This document shows positions 38,274-49,679 of a DNA stretch of 64,000 nucleotides, in pieces. Position 1 is the first letter of the stretch. Each line of letters starts with the position of its first letter. Source of the DNA: Octopus sinensis (Eukaryota); the NCBI RefSeq assembly GCF_006345805.1, contig NC_043008.1:33666001-33730000 (forward strand). Direction: 5' to 3'. The position numbers and the translations under genes are program-made. Under the pieces are notes generated by a model. The model searched no databases and had not been told where the DNA came from. It saw nothing but the letters and a program-made list of their open reading frames with translations.

Positions 38274-38579
38274 CAGTGATTTCAAACTAAACAATACTGC
38301 CTTATTTATCATATATCGCCAGGGAATTTTCTTCAGCGAGGAATTTCCAAACATTTTGTGCCACTAATACTTTTTAGCTAGGAATTCGCCTGTTGTAGAC
38401 CTCAAGCTTTTTTACGCTTGTGGTATACTTACATTCTTTTCAAAATTCGGTGGCACACCTGAACAAGGACTAGAACTAAAATTATAAGGAAACTGTTTAT
38501 ATTCAGGTTACACTGCGGCACACCTAGCATCATCTTGTGGCACACCAGCATGCAGCAGCATACCACTTGCAGAGCACTG
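38274..38579. mobile_element. Possible hAT-type MITE
   Basis: cagtg..cactg termini and gcggcacacc subterminal motifs. No TSD seen. Confidence 0.35.
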
Positions 38580-38589
38580 CAGTAGGTTT

Positions 38590-39760
38590 CATTGCTGAAT
38601 ATTATCTTTTCTTCCAAAATGTCTTTTAAATAATCACAATAACTGTGAGTTTCTTTTTTTCTGTGAATTTATCAGTCTTTAAACTTTTCCCTGCACTGCT
38701 TTTTGTTTCATTATTTAAAAATATTTTTTTTTCAAATTACGTTTTTGTTTCTTGTCCATCATTTTAGCAGAGAGACTCATGAATGAAGGGATTTACATTT
38801 TCATCTTACATCTCTGTACCTCTCTGTAGGGGGAAACTGGTATGGATGGGGTTATGTTTCTTTTTGTTCTTGTTATTATGAAAAAAGGTTTGTCTCTTCA
38901 TGAATCTCTATTCGCAGTTTTGCAGCCATCGACTTTTCGACTCAAGTATTTTATTTGATTTGGCTTCTTGTATCTCTATGTCATTGTAGTTTTTCAAGTA
39001 ATTTTCCGTTGCTTTGTTCAGAGATTTCTTTTTGCATTAAGGTGTCACATATCCCAAGTTTCACTTTAAAGCGACGCGTGCAAAGCTCTAGAATGTTAAT
39101 GTATGCTTTGAATCTTTGGTGTGCAAGATTTATTCTGGCTTTTGTTTCTTCATTTGGTTCTGATGTAATTTTCTTGGGACGAAATTTTCGTGGAAAAATC
39201 ACTGGTTCTTGGTTTATCTATTGTGCGTATGTGTCTGTTAAATTTTCGTTTCTAATTGCTTTCCCGTATGCTTCTTTTCTTTGATTTAATAAATTATTCC
39301 AGCTCTTTTTCATCTGAGTTCTTTTTCTTGAATGCTTCACTCTCCAAATGAATTTCATACTATTCCTTAAAGATATCTTGTGTATTGGAATGTTCTCTTG
39401 TTAGTAGGGTACACAGGAGGTTATATTTGGAGTTCTGATAGTGTGTTTGTATATAATGTTTAAGGAAGCAATGGAATGATATTTTGTTGCCAAATCAGTA
39501 GTTTCGTTCTTGGCCACAATATTCATCCATGCTAAAGCAAGCCAATTTGATATGTTAATCTGACCTTCTATAGACTTTTGAATATACATATTAATGGCTT
39601 TCTGTAAAATGTCAGCCACTTGTACCAATATCCAATTATTAGATCTCTTCCAGGTACCTTCCCATTATACAGTTTGCCTACAGCTATAGCGAAAGTTTCC
39701 AGGTTAATTGCATACATTCTGTTGTTGATGTTGGTACAGAATTCTCTCCTAATTGTAGTT
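38590..39760 (-). mobile_element. Degenerate R4/Dong-type LINE fragment
   Basis: Remnants GKVPGRDLIIGYWYKWL (~39620-39680) and KYHSIASLNIIYK (ORF 39401..39628). Confidence 0.7.
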
Positions 39761-40421
39761 AGTTAGTTAATGCTTTAGAGTAATTAGCCATTCCTCTAGA
39801 GCTTAATGTGATGAGTCACCACAGTACTGGTTTCCCTTCTATTTAACCTATCCCATCATCCATCTTCTCTCTCTCTCGCTCTCTCTCTTTCTCTCTCCAA
39901 CTCTCTCCTTCTCTCTCTCCTGCTATGACTAACCAGTGACATTAATCTTTCTCTTCCATCTCCTCATGTCATTTCCATTACACCAATCCAATATTGTTTC
40001 CTCTTGACAATTGCTGTCTCACAACAATAAAAGTGTTCTTTCCACCCTATTTTAACTATTCCCTCAACACCTCACCTAGAGTCATCCTTTTTCCTCTTAT
40101 TCTCCCTTTCAGCCAGCGCATGGCTGAGATGACACAAAAGCATGACAACCTCTCTAGTGTCGATGTCAGAAAACCTGCATCCAGTACACTTTGTAAAGTG
40201 GTTGGAATTAGTAAGATTATCCAGCTGTAAAAACCATGCTGAACCTGAGATATCTGAGCAAGACATCATCCTTTAATCTCTTGGATTCTGTCAAACCATT
40301 CAGGCCATCTCAACATGGAAAACAGACATAAGATGTTGATGATGGCATATATATATATATATATATATACATGTACGTGTATGTGCATGTAATTTATACA
40401 CCCCCCACACACATACACACA

Positions 40422-40473
<52 letters not shown>

Positions 40474-40650
40474 ACTCCAAGAAAGTTAGGGGTTGTGAAT
40501 CCATCCCACTAAGGGATAATATCTATCAAATATACTGTTGGTAGAATACCCAATTATTAATACACAAGTGTTTTTTATTGCAATGCAATAACATTACCTA
40601 GTATATTAAATGGGTGAAGATAAAGAGATATTTTACCATTAATTTATATT

Positions 40651-41193
40651 GCAAATAAGAAAAGGGAGGAGAACAACTTTAGGACATTAAAAATGTTAAC
40701 TTATTTATTTATTAAACTGATAATTATAATAACATATATACATATAGTATATTATTCTATGCATATAAGATAAAGATACAAGTAATGATTAAAAATCATG
40801 AATATAAATAAGTAAATAACTTACAGCTGTTTCAGCCCATAGATAAAAGTATCTCATTCTGCCTATATTAGTCAAGTGTATTCAGGTAATAGGTAGATGA
40901 AAATGAGGTAGCCTAGATATATATATATATAAGTACCTCATTTTCATCTGCCCATTACCTCAATACACTTGGCTAATATAGGCAGAATGAGATACTTTTA
41001 TCTATGGGCTGAAACAGCTGTAACATATTTTACTAATTTATAGTCATATTTTAAAATAATTACTTGTATCCTTATCTTATATGCATAGAATATGTGTATG
41101 TATGTTGTTATAATTAATAAATAAATAGGTTAACATTTTTAATGTCCTAAATTTGATGAACCAACTATTGTTCTCCTCCATTTTCTTATTTGC
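40651..41193. repeat. ~540-bp imperfect palindrome centred on (TA)n (Penelope-like repeat)
   Basis: Arms are reverse complements, with a near-perfect core 40821-41023. Each arm carries the hammerhead 3' half GAAACAGCTGTA (41011-41022 on +, 40822-40833 on -). Confidence 0.9.
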
Positions 41194-41233
<40 letters not shown>

Positions 41234-42031
41234 TACCTACCTACATATGTACATATAAACATTCAGACATACAAACCAACAAATAGCATGCACAACAGAA
41301 TTCATCGCAATTTTTGTCTACCATTCACAAGATATTGGTCAACACAAAACTGTTGGAAAAGTAATTTATTCACCAACCCAAGATTTTGCAGAGGGGGATT
41401 AAACCTGGAATTACATGGATTTGAAGCAATTTTTTTAACAAACAGTAATGTCTTGTGAAATAACAGCTGTCCTTATTGTAACTGTTTTAGATTGATTAGA
41501 TGGTAGTTGTTTTTTTTCCTGGTTAACTCCATGCTTTTGCAGTGTTTCTTACCTCTTAAGATGATACAGTGTGATTCGAGGAACATTTGGTTGCAATTAC
41601 ATGCTGATTCCTTGATTTGTCTCTTTTGTTCCCTGATAATTAGTTGTTAGGATCCTACAGTGTGGATTGGTGGTAAATTCAGTTACTTTCATATTGGATG
41701 GAGGTGTGGATTCAGTGTCTACTGTTCAGAAAGACAGAATACCTCAGCCTCCCGAATCAGTCCAGATGATGTGTGAGGAGTGAGAAAGCAGCAAATTGGG
41801 TTAATGTTCATCAGAACAATGACTTCAGAGAAAGAATATTTAAGATGGCTCTCTTCCAAAATACAGTATGAAAGGTGATTAAAATGATTCATGGTGTTTG
41901 AATGAATTCAAATAATATTAAAGGTAACAGAAAAGCTACAAATTGTTGTAATATTTGACCATTAAAGAAGCAAAAATCAAACAAGCAAATTCTCTTTTTT
42001 AATGCTTTCCATTTTTCTCTTAACATTTCAG

Positions 42032-42098
42032 TAATTCTTTGCAGTGTTCTTATACCAACAATAGTCCTGCTTTGTATGTTATGCATCATAGTTACCAG
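42032..42098 (+). CDS. Receptor-like gene exon 6 (TM helix VILCSVLIPTIVLLCMLCIIVT)
   Basis: Long polypyrimidine acceptor ttttctcttaacatttcag|TA and donor AG|gtatgt. 67 nt, phase 1-2. 22 hydrophobic residues followed in exon 7 by RHRYKKSK. Confidence 0.88.
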
Positions 42099-43039
42099 GT
42101 ATGTAATATAAGACTACATCTTACTTGTAGAACACTAGATAGAAGGACTGGTTAAATTGCTTTGGGTCTTGTTTAGTCTGGACCTCCTGTTGGACAAGAG
42201 CTTGGAGTGGGTGACAAACTGGGTAGCCAGTCTCCCCCAGAAATAAGCAGAGAGAAAGCTGTCATCACTACTGTCATCTACTACTATCTGACTGTTGTCC
42301 TTTGCCCTGTTTTCTGGTTGATCAGCTGGAGCACTTGCTCTTCCCACTTCCTGTAGAAGGGACATGTCCCACTCCTCAGTCGGTCCATCTGCTGTCAACA
42401 GGTGCTGAGTGGAGAACTGGGAATGCCATGGCAGTTTTCCTCTGTCTGATGGCTATGGCGAAAGAGGAAGTGTGGTGGGCATGGTTGAAATGATTGAAGA
42501 CAGGTACTTTCTCTTCAGCTGAGCCCTCATTGACTTTCTCAAGTTCCACTTGAAAAGGAAAATGAGGGTGGTGAGGAAATTGCTGTCTCCTAGTATTGTT
42601 GTTGAAAGGTGGGTGAATGTAGTGAGGATGATCCATGTGAATGGGCCTACTCTGAACATACACTTGTAAGCCAGGAGGGTTGAGAAGATGAGAGGTGCTT
42701 GCTTGAGGTGCCTTTGGAAGTCAGGGTGAGGAAGATGTGTGGAGTTCCTTGGTTGTCCTTATGATGAACTCCCATTATGTGGAGAATTTTATTGTTTATT
42801 TTTTGTTGTTAATTGTTATTGTTTAATTGTATGTACAAATTGTTGTGCTAAACTCCCCTTGCATTGCATCATCCCTGTATGTTTTGTGTTCAGATCTTGT
42901 GGCCAATAAAAACAAGATCATTAATATCATTATTATTATCATTATTATCTGATGAAAACACACAGATTATTTTGCTGGGTATGATGGAAAGTGTCAGCTG
43001 TCCACAGCCAGCAGACTAAGGTGACACTTGTTTGCTGGT

Positions 43040-43480
43040 CATGCTTCAAGAACATTGCAAAGAATTCTTGCAGTTTCAAGCAATGATGATTTTTTTAGGT
43101 TCTTCTACTTTTACATTTGTACCAATCCTTTTGAGCTGAGTTGGTAGTTGAGTGCTGATACTTCCAAGTACCCCAGTTACTATTGGTACCACATCTACTC
43201 TCCTCAATGACCACAACCTTAGTATTTCCCACTTCAAATTGTCATAGTCGTTCAGTTTCTCTTCTTTCTCTTTGATCCTGTTGTCACCGGGTCATGCTAT
43301 GTTGATTATCATGCATGGTCTTCCTTCTTTATTCCACCACAACAATGTTCAGTTTCCAATGTCTGGTCAGGTGATTGCACTGAATCATTGCATCCCACAA
43401 GATTTTGCACTTTTCATCTTGGTGATTCCTTCAAGGGTTTGCTCATACCACATCTTTTTTTGTTATAGGCTGTGATAAGG
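43040..43480 (-). mobile_element. R4/Dong-type LINE 3' (REL domain) remnant
   Basis: Frameshifted remnants of KY..L.WE..LWSLRRVDVVPIVIGVLG. Confidence 0.6.
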
Positions 43481-43650
43481 TGTTAAGTTAGCAGAAGTGT
43501 TACCATGTATTTCTTCTGGTTTTATGTTCTGCGTTCAAATACCATCAAGGCTAACTTCACCCTTCATCCTTTCATCCAGCTGAGTATTGGAGTCACTGCA
43601 ACTGACTAACCCTCTCCTCCCAAATTTCAGACCATGAGCCTATAAAAAAG
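43478..43650 (+). mobile_element. SINE family B (diverged)
   Basis: Family B consensus. Confidence 0.6.
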
Positions 43651-43984
43651 ATTATTACTATTATTATTAGGATGAATCAAACTGACAGTTGTTGTCATGT
43701 TAAATACAATATTTAGCAGCATTTCTTCTGGATCTTTACATGCTAAGTTCAAATACCACTGAAGTAAAATTAGTGCTTCATTCTTCTGGGGTTAATATAA
43801 TATGTACCAATTGACTCACCACCAACCCCAAATTACTGGCCTTGTTCCTAATTTTGAAACCATCATTATCATTATAAAACAAGATTAGTAAGAAGTATTA
43901 TTATTTTTTTTTGTGATTATTAACAAAATTTAATTCTAAAATCTACTTAATGTTGTCTGATTAAATATGCTAACATTTTCTTAG

Positions 43985-44420
43985 ACACAGGTACAAGAAA
44001 TCCAAATCAAATGTGATATCTGAAGAAATGACCAAGAAGAGTACCACAAGGACCTGTTTACCAGTGAAAATAGAATCACAACTAAATAACACTTTGAAAC
44101 AGCAAGCAGCAGAGATATTGCCCCCAAATAATGCACATTCAATTAGAAATGATCCTTGCATGATGGAAAATGAATTGCATTCCTTTGATGCATATTATTC
44201 TGTCACAAAAGAATCATGTATGGTTGATGATAATGTTGAAGAATATATGTATATGGATAAAAAGGATATATATTCAAATGTAAATGATATATATGAAAAT
44301 GGCTCAGATACTATTCACAGTGATTTATGTTTCACTGAGAATGAAGGATATTATGTAAATTTAGCTGAAAATTATTTATGCTCTGGTAAAAATGGCATGT
44401 ATATTGATGTCTTGCCATAA
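43985..44420 (+). CDS. Receptor-like gene exon 7 (Tyr-rich cytoplasmic tail, stop TAA)
   Basis: Acceptor aacattttcttag|A (phase 2), with an alternative in-frame AG at 43989-90. ORF 44013..44420 extends upstream to RHRYKKSKSN. Motifs YMYM, YSNV, YENG, YVNL. Confidence 0.88.
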
Positions 44421-44465
44421 GTGATTAATATAAATTAATTGAAAGTGTTTTCTTCTAAAAATTCA

Positions 44466-44918
44466 ATCTGAAGAAATGACCGAGAAGAGTACCACAAGGA
44501 CCTGTTTACCAGAGGAGATAGAATCACAACCAAATAAAACCTTGAAACAGCAAGCAGCATGGATATTGCCCCCAAATAATGCACATTCAATTAGAAATAA
44601 TCCTTGCATGATGGAAAGGGAATTGCATTCCACTGATGTATATTCAATTGCAAAAGGTTTATATATGGTTGATGATAATGTTGAAGAATATATGTATATG
44701 GCTAAAAATGATATATATTCAAATGTAAATGATATATATGAAAATGGCTCAGATACTGTTCACAGTGATTTATGTTTCACTGAGAATGAAGGATATTATG
44801 TAATTTTATCAGCTGAAAATTATTTGTGCTCTGGTAAAAATGGCATGTATATTGATATGGAATCTTGCCATAAGTGATTAATATAAATTAATTGAAAGTG
44901 TTTTCTTCTAAAAATTCA
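44466..44918 (+). other. Tandem duplicate of the terminal exon (open 133-codon ORF 44476..44877, no obvious acceptor)
   Basis: Unit 1 is 44018-44465 and unit 2 is 44466-44918, with ATCT microhomology at all three junctions. Confidence 0.9.
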
Positions 44919-45067
44919 ATCTAATTATATCTACAGAAAAAAGATACTTAAAAACAAACCTCAATGTCAACACTTCAAAAACCTAATAGAATATTTGAAA
45001 TATGTTTTCACTGAAATAATTAAACAAATACCAGCCCCCGCCACACAATTATATATACACTCCTATA

Positions 45068-45073
45068 AATAAA
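45068..45073 (+). promoter_or_regulatory. Candidate polyadenylation signal (another at 45338-45343)
   Basis: AATAAA downstream of the terminal exon(s). Confidence 0.35.
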
Positions 45074-45478
45074 CAAGTATTTATAATCATAGCTGTTATA
45101 ATAGTTTATATAAAACATTGGTTTGGCAAACTGTAGTTTCCTTTGAAATTTGTGGTGTGAGACCAAATGTAGCACTTTGTACTGCATTGATGTTTCTTTT
45201 GTCTCTCTTCCTTCTCTTTTTCTTTCTTTCTCTCTTCCTTTTATCTTTTTTTTACCCTGATTTTATTCTTTTATTTGTCTTTCTTTTGTAATACGTTATA
45301 TTAAGGAAAAATAAGAATAAGAGATATTTTTTCATACAATAAATTTGGAAATAATATTTTTAAGGCTCAATTCCATTAAATTATTAAATTTTAATATCTT
45401 CGATTAATTTTCCTTAATATAATTCACAGTTCAATATTTGATGCTGAACAGTTGTATTTATTATTTTAATTATTAATT

Positions 45479-45660
45479 AAGGTGATGAACTGGCAGAATC
45501 ATTAGTATACTGGTCAAAATGCATAGAGGTATTTCACCTGCCACTACGTCCTGAGTTCAAATTCTGCCTTTCTGACTTTGCCTTTCAGGGGCGATAAATT
45601 ATGTAGCAGTTGCGCACTGAGGTTGATGTAATTGTCTACCCCTTCCCCTCCAATTTCAGG
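45479..45660 (+). mobile_element. SINE family B
   Basis: Family B consensus. Confidence 0.75.
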
Positions 45661-45689
45661 CTAAGATTATATTAATTATCTCTCCTTTT

Positions 45690-45884
45690 ACTCTTTACTC
45701 TTTTACTTGTTTCAGTCATTTGACTGTGGCCATACTGGAGCACCACCTTTAGTCAAGCAAATCAACACCAGGACTTATTCTTTGTAAGCCTAGTACTTAT
45801 TCTATCGGGGCTCTTTTGCTGAACTTTATCAAGCAATGTTGGGCAGGGAGACAAACACAGACACACAACATATACACACACATG

Positions 45885-45960
<76 letters not shown>

Positions 45961-46115
45961 AGCTTCATTCAGTTTCCATCTACCAAATCCACTCACAAGG
46001 CTTTGGTCGGCCCAAGGCTATAGTGAAAGACACTTGCCCAAGGTGCCATGCAGTGAAAATGAACCCAGAACTGTGTGGTAGGTAAGCAAGCTAATTACCA
46101 CACAGCCACTCCTAC
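45690..46115 (-). mobile_element. SINE family A
   Basis: Full-length reverse-complement copy with expanded (TA)n. Confidence 0.85.
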
Positions 46116-47497
46116 ACCAAGTCATTAATTTTTATTATTTGGTGTGAAAATAAACATAACAAGCAACTTTTGGCATAACAATTAAAAAATGGATCCTATT
46201 TTATAAACTTAATTCAACTAATGCAAATAATGTGAAAAGAAAACCTAAAACATCTTTATATCAATGATAATGATGAAAAGGAATCTTATCTAAATCACTG
46301 TTTAAGCCTAAAGGAATACCTGAACTCCCCTCATGTATAAGCAAAAAAATATAGAAATAACCAAACCCACAATAATAAGGGCAACAAAGAATGAAAAAAA
46401 ATTGACTTAAAGTAGCATCATCGACAAAAAAATCCTCCCCAAATTCAATACTATCAAAATGATCATAAAGCCTAATCACAAAGGCTGAATTTAATTAATA
46501 TCCTAGTAATTGAAAACCCCAAATGAAAATACATTATTAATGCCATATCAAAAAATAAAGTTACTTTTAATCTATAACTTTCAATTTTATTATTTTAATT
46601 AAACTATTTCTTCATCTATGAAAAATATATCAATTTACTAAAACCCCTTACAAGAACTAAAATTATTTATACATACAGCATAAACTACGATTCGTTAAAT
46701 TATACAAATTTCACATTTGATATTTCTGAAGAGCAGAAGAGTTATCGATAAATGCTTATCAATATAGGATTCCATTATTCTATATTATCTAAGTCTATCA
46801 ATACAGGACAATATAATGGATTTTACACATAACTATTATGGATTATTACAGAAGACTTTCCAAGGAAGCATATATGGATTTAAAGACTTTCATACTAAAG
46901 TGTACTTACCAAAATCAAAAACAGTAATTTTTAATTTTTAATTTGTATTTCATCCAAATACCATTTTATCATATTACTTATTTTATCATATTATATAAAA
47001 TTCAAATTTTATATCGCTGAAGAACAGAAGACTTGTCTATAAATGCTTATCAATATAGGATTCCCTTTTAGAGACAGCACTTCCACAAAATGATCGTAAG
47101 ATTCTTTAAAAACCTAATTCAAAACTTTGAAACTAATATATATTATATAGTTATACTTATACATATTTTCATATATCTATATATATTTATATTTTTAGTA
47201 CAACAATTATTTTACACACGTATATATCTTTCTGAAGAATTTTCTAATATTGATTTCCTGATATTAATAATAATATATTATAAAAAATATACATGCAGCA
47301 TATAACTCTTCCAAATTAGATACATTAATAAATCATAACGATATTGAGGATAATTTGCATGAACACAATTAAATAAAACCCTTAACAATCCAACCACCAA
47401 TGATACAGATAATTCTTTAGAAATAATGAAAAACTCTCACCCAAAGAACAAAACAGCACACAAAAATCTCATAAACCAAATATTCCCATATTCTTTT

Positions 47498-47705
47498 CTA
47501 CTCTAGCACAAGGCCCGAAATTTTGAGTGAGGGGACCAGTTGATGAGATCGATCACAGTACGCAACTGGTACTTAATTTATCGACCCTGAAAGGATGAAA
47601 GGCAAAGTCGGACTTGGTGGAATTTGAACTCAGAATGTAAAGATAGATGAAATACTGCTAAACGTTTCACCCAGCGTGCTTAACTTTTCTACCAGCTCAC
47701 TGCAT
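47498..47705 (-). mobile_element. SINE family B
   Basis: Reverse complement of the consensus. Confidence 0.85.
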
Positions 47706-47921
47706 TAAAATGTTCCTATATTCAGCCATAAATAACAATGCAAGACTAACTGCCCCATACTCATCATTTAAACCAAAAACTAACTCTGATTCCCCTTCAG
47801 CAAAATCAAATGGGGTCTGATGAGTCTCTGCAATACTAGAAATGACTCATATTATAAATATAGAAAAATTACCAAAAAAAGAAACCAACACACTTATTGA
47901 TATTTTAATAACCTAACTAAA

Positions 47922-48285
47922 TAGGCATATGTGTAGCTATATTGTAAGAAGCTTGCTTCCCAACCACATGGTTCTGGGTTCAGTCCCACTGTGTGACACC
48001 ATGGGCAAGTGTCTTCTACTATAGCCTCAGGCCAACCAAAGTTGACAGAAACTGAAAGAGGCCTATCATATATATATTATATATATATGTATATGTATAT
48101 ATTTTTGCATGTGACTGTGTTTGTCTGCTGCCCTCACCTCTTAGTGGTTTGGCAGAAAAGACTGATAGAATAAGTACTAGGCTTATAAAGAATAAGTCTT
48201 GGGTGCAATTTCTTCAGTTTTTAAAACCCTTTAAGTTGGTGTCACAGTCAAATGACTGAAACAAGTAAAAGAAGAAAAGGATAAA
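47922..48285 (+). mobile_element. SINE family A
   Basis: tRNA-like head and gaaacaagtaaaag tail. Confidence 0.85.
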
Positions 48286-48597
48286 AGAAATTAATTCTAC
48301 CCACTAATAACAACCAGCTTATTAAATTAATGATGTACTACCCTCATAAAATACTCTGAGCAATTGCACAAACAGATCCTAATGCATATTCAGAATCAGA
48401 AAACCAGCCAGCCCCTATTACTGAATATACTCCAATTCTAGGCATATACAAAAAACAACATTATACTTATACCCCTCCCAAATCCATAGCCACTAAAAAA
48501 TAACTATTCATAAAAATAAAGCAAGAAATAATCTCAAAAATTGACAAACAGGGAAAAGAAAATAATTAACTAAAGTAGATTTAATATACTTGTAGCT

Positions 48598-48770
48598 CAG
48601 GCAGTGAGATGGCAGAAATGCTAGTACGCAGGGTGAAATACTTAGTGATACTTTGTCTGTTTTATATTCTGAGTTCAAATTCCACTGAGGTCGACTTTGC
48701 TTTCCATCCTTTCAGGGTTGATAAATTAAGTACCAGCTATGTACTGAGGTCAGTCTAATTGACTGGACCC
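48598..48770 (+). mobile_element. SINE family B
   Basis: Family B consensus. Confidence 0.8.
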
Positions 48771-49556
48771 TAATTGACTGTCCACTGATTGCAAAATTAC
48801 ATGATGGAATTATGTACCGAGTGTTAAAATTAAAAGCCAAGTTCATGGTTTTAGACGTTTAAGGGAAACATCAGACTGTTAGCATAAATTGTGTGAAGTA
48901 GGCTTTTATTGAGTCACCTTCCCAGCAACAGTACCCCACTTCCCCACCCACAACACTTGTACATACTTCCACACAACATACACACTCCTCTGACACAACA
49001 AAGAATACTACACCAGTTATTACATTCCCCCCAGCTCATGTTACCAAGAGCAGTAGAAAAGTCCACAGGCCAGCCAAATATGCTCACATATACTATTTTG
49101 ATTACTTTGTAAATCCTATTTTAAAGAACTCTTAGGCCAACAGGTTTTGGGGCCTGATGATACGCCATAAAGCTAAGCTCTTTATGGATGGGAAACCCAG
49201 AGTAATCCCATATACTGGCCTTCCTCACTTTATATATATGTATATATATGCAGCATGAAGTTTTGTCAGTGAACAGGTCGCGGTCTCAAAGCGACGGAAA
49301 TATTTTGACAAATTAAATTTAAATGTTGAAGTGAATCTAACGGTTTTGTGTGTTTCTTAAATGGCTTATAAACACCTTCCACGCTGCAATTGTTTTCGTT
49401 CCAGCACACGATCTGAGATCAAGTCACTTGCTATGCAAGTACATCTCCGTAATATATACATATATAAAGTTAATCCAAACATGAAAAGACAACAATGCAA
49501 AGACGTTGAACAAGTATAGTATTATTGAACGGTCATGAAAGAAGGAAAGAAGGAGG

Positions 49557-49591
49557 GTTTAACGTTTCGAGTGGAGCTCTTCGTCAGAAAC
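49557..49591 (-). ncRNA. 35-nt ultra-minimal type I hammerhead ribozyme
   Basis: Minus strand: GUUU-CUGACGA-A-GAG-CUCCA-CUC-GAAAC-GU-U-AAAC. 4-bp stem I, 3-bp stem II, ACGU palindrome as stem III. Confidence 0.75.
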
Positions 49592-49679
49592 ATAGGAAAA
49601 GGAAAGATCCAAAGAAATGAAGATGGACGAAAAAAATCACCAACGGTACACACACAGTCACATATATTTTATAACACAA

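Noticed and set aside
46200-48560. AT-rich, strand-skewed region resembling a mitochondrial insertion; CTGAAGA repeats at ~46726 and ~47017
   Set aside because: No recognisable mitochondrial gene, tRNA or rRNA motifs. The CTGAAGA copies lack a GAAA box. Probably decayed Penelope-like sequence.
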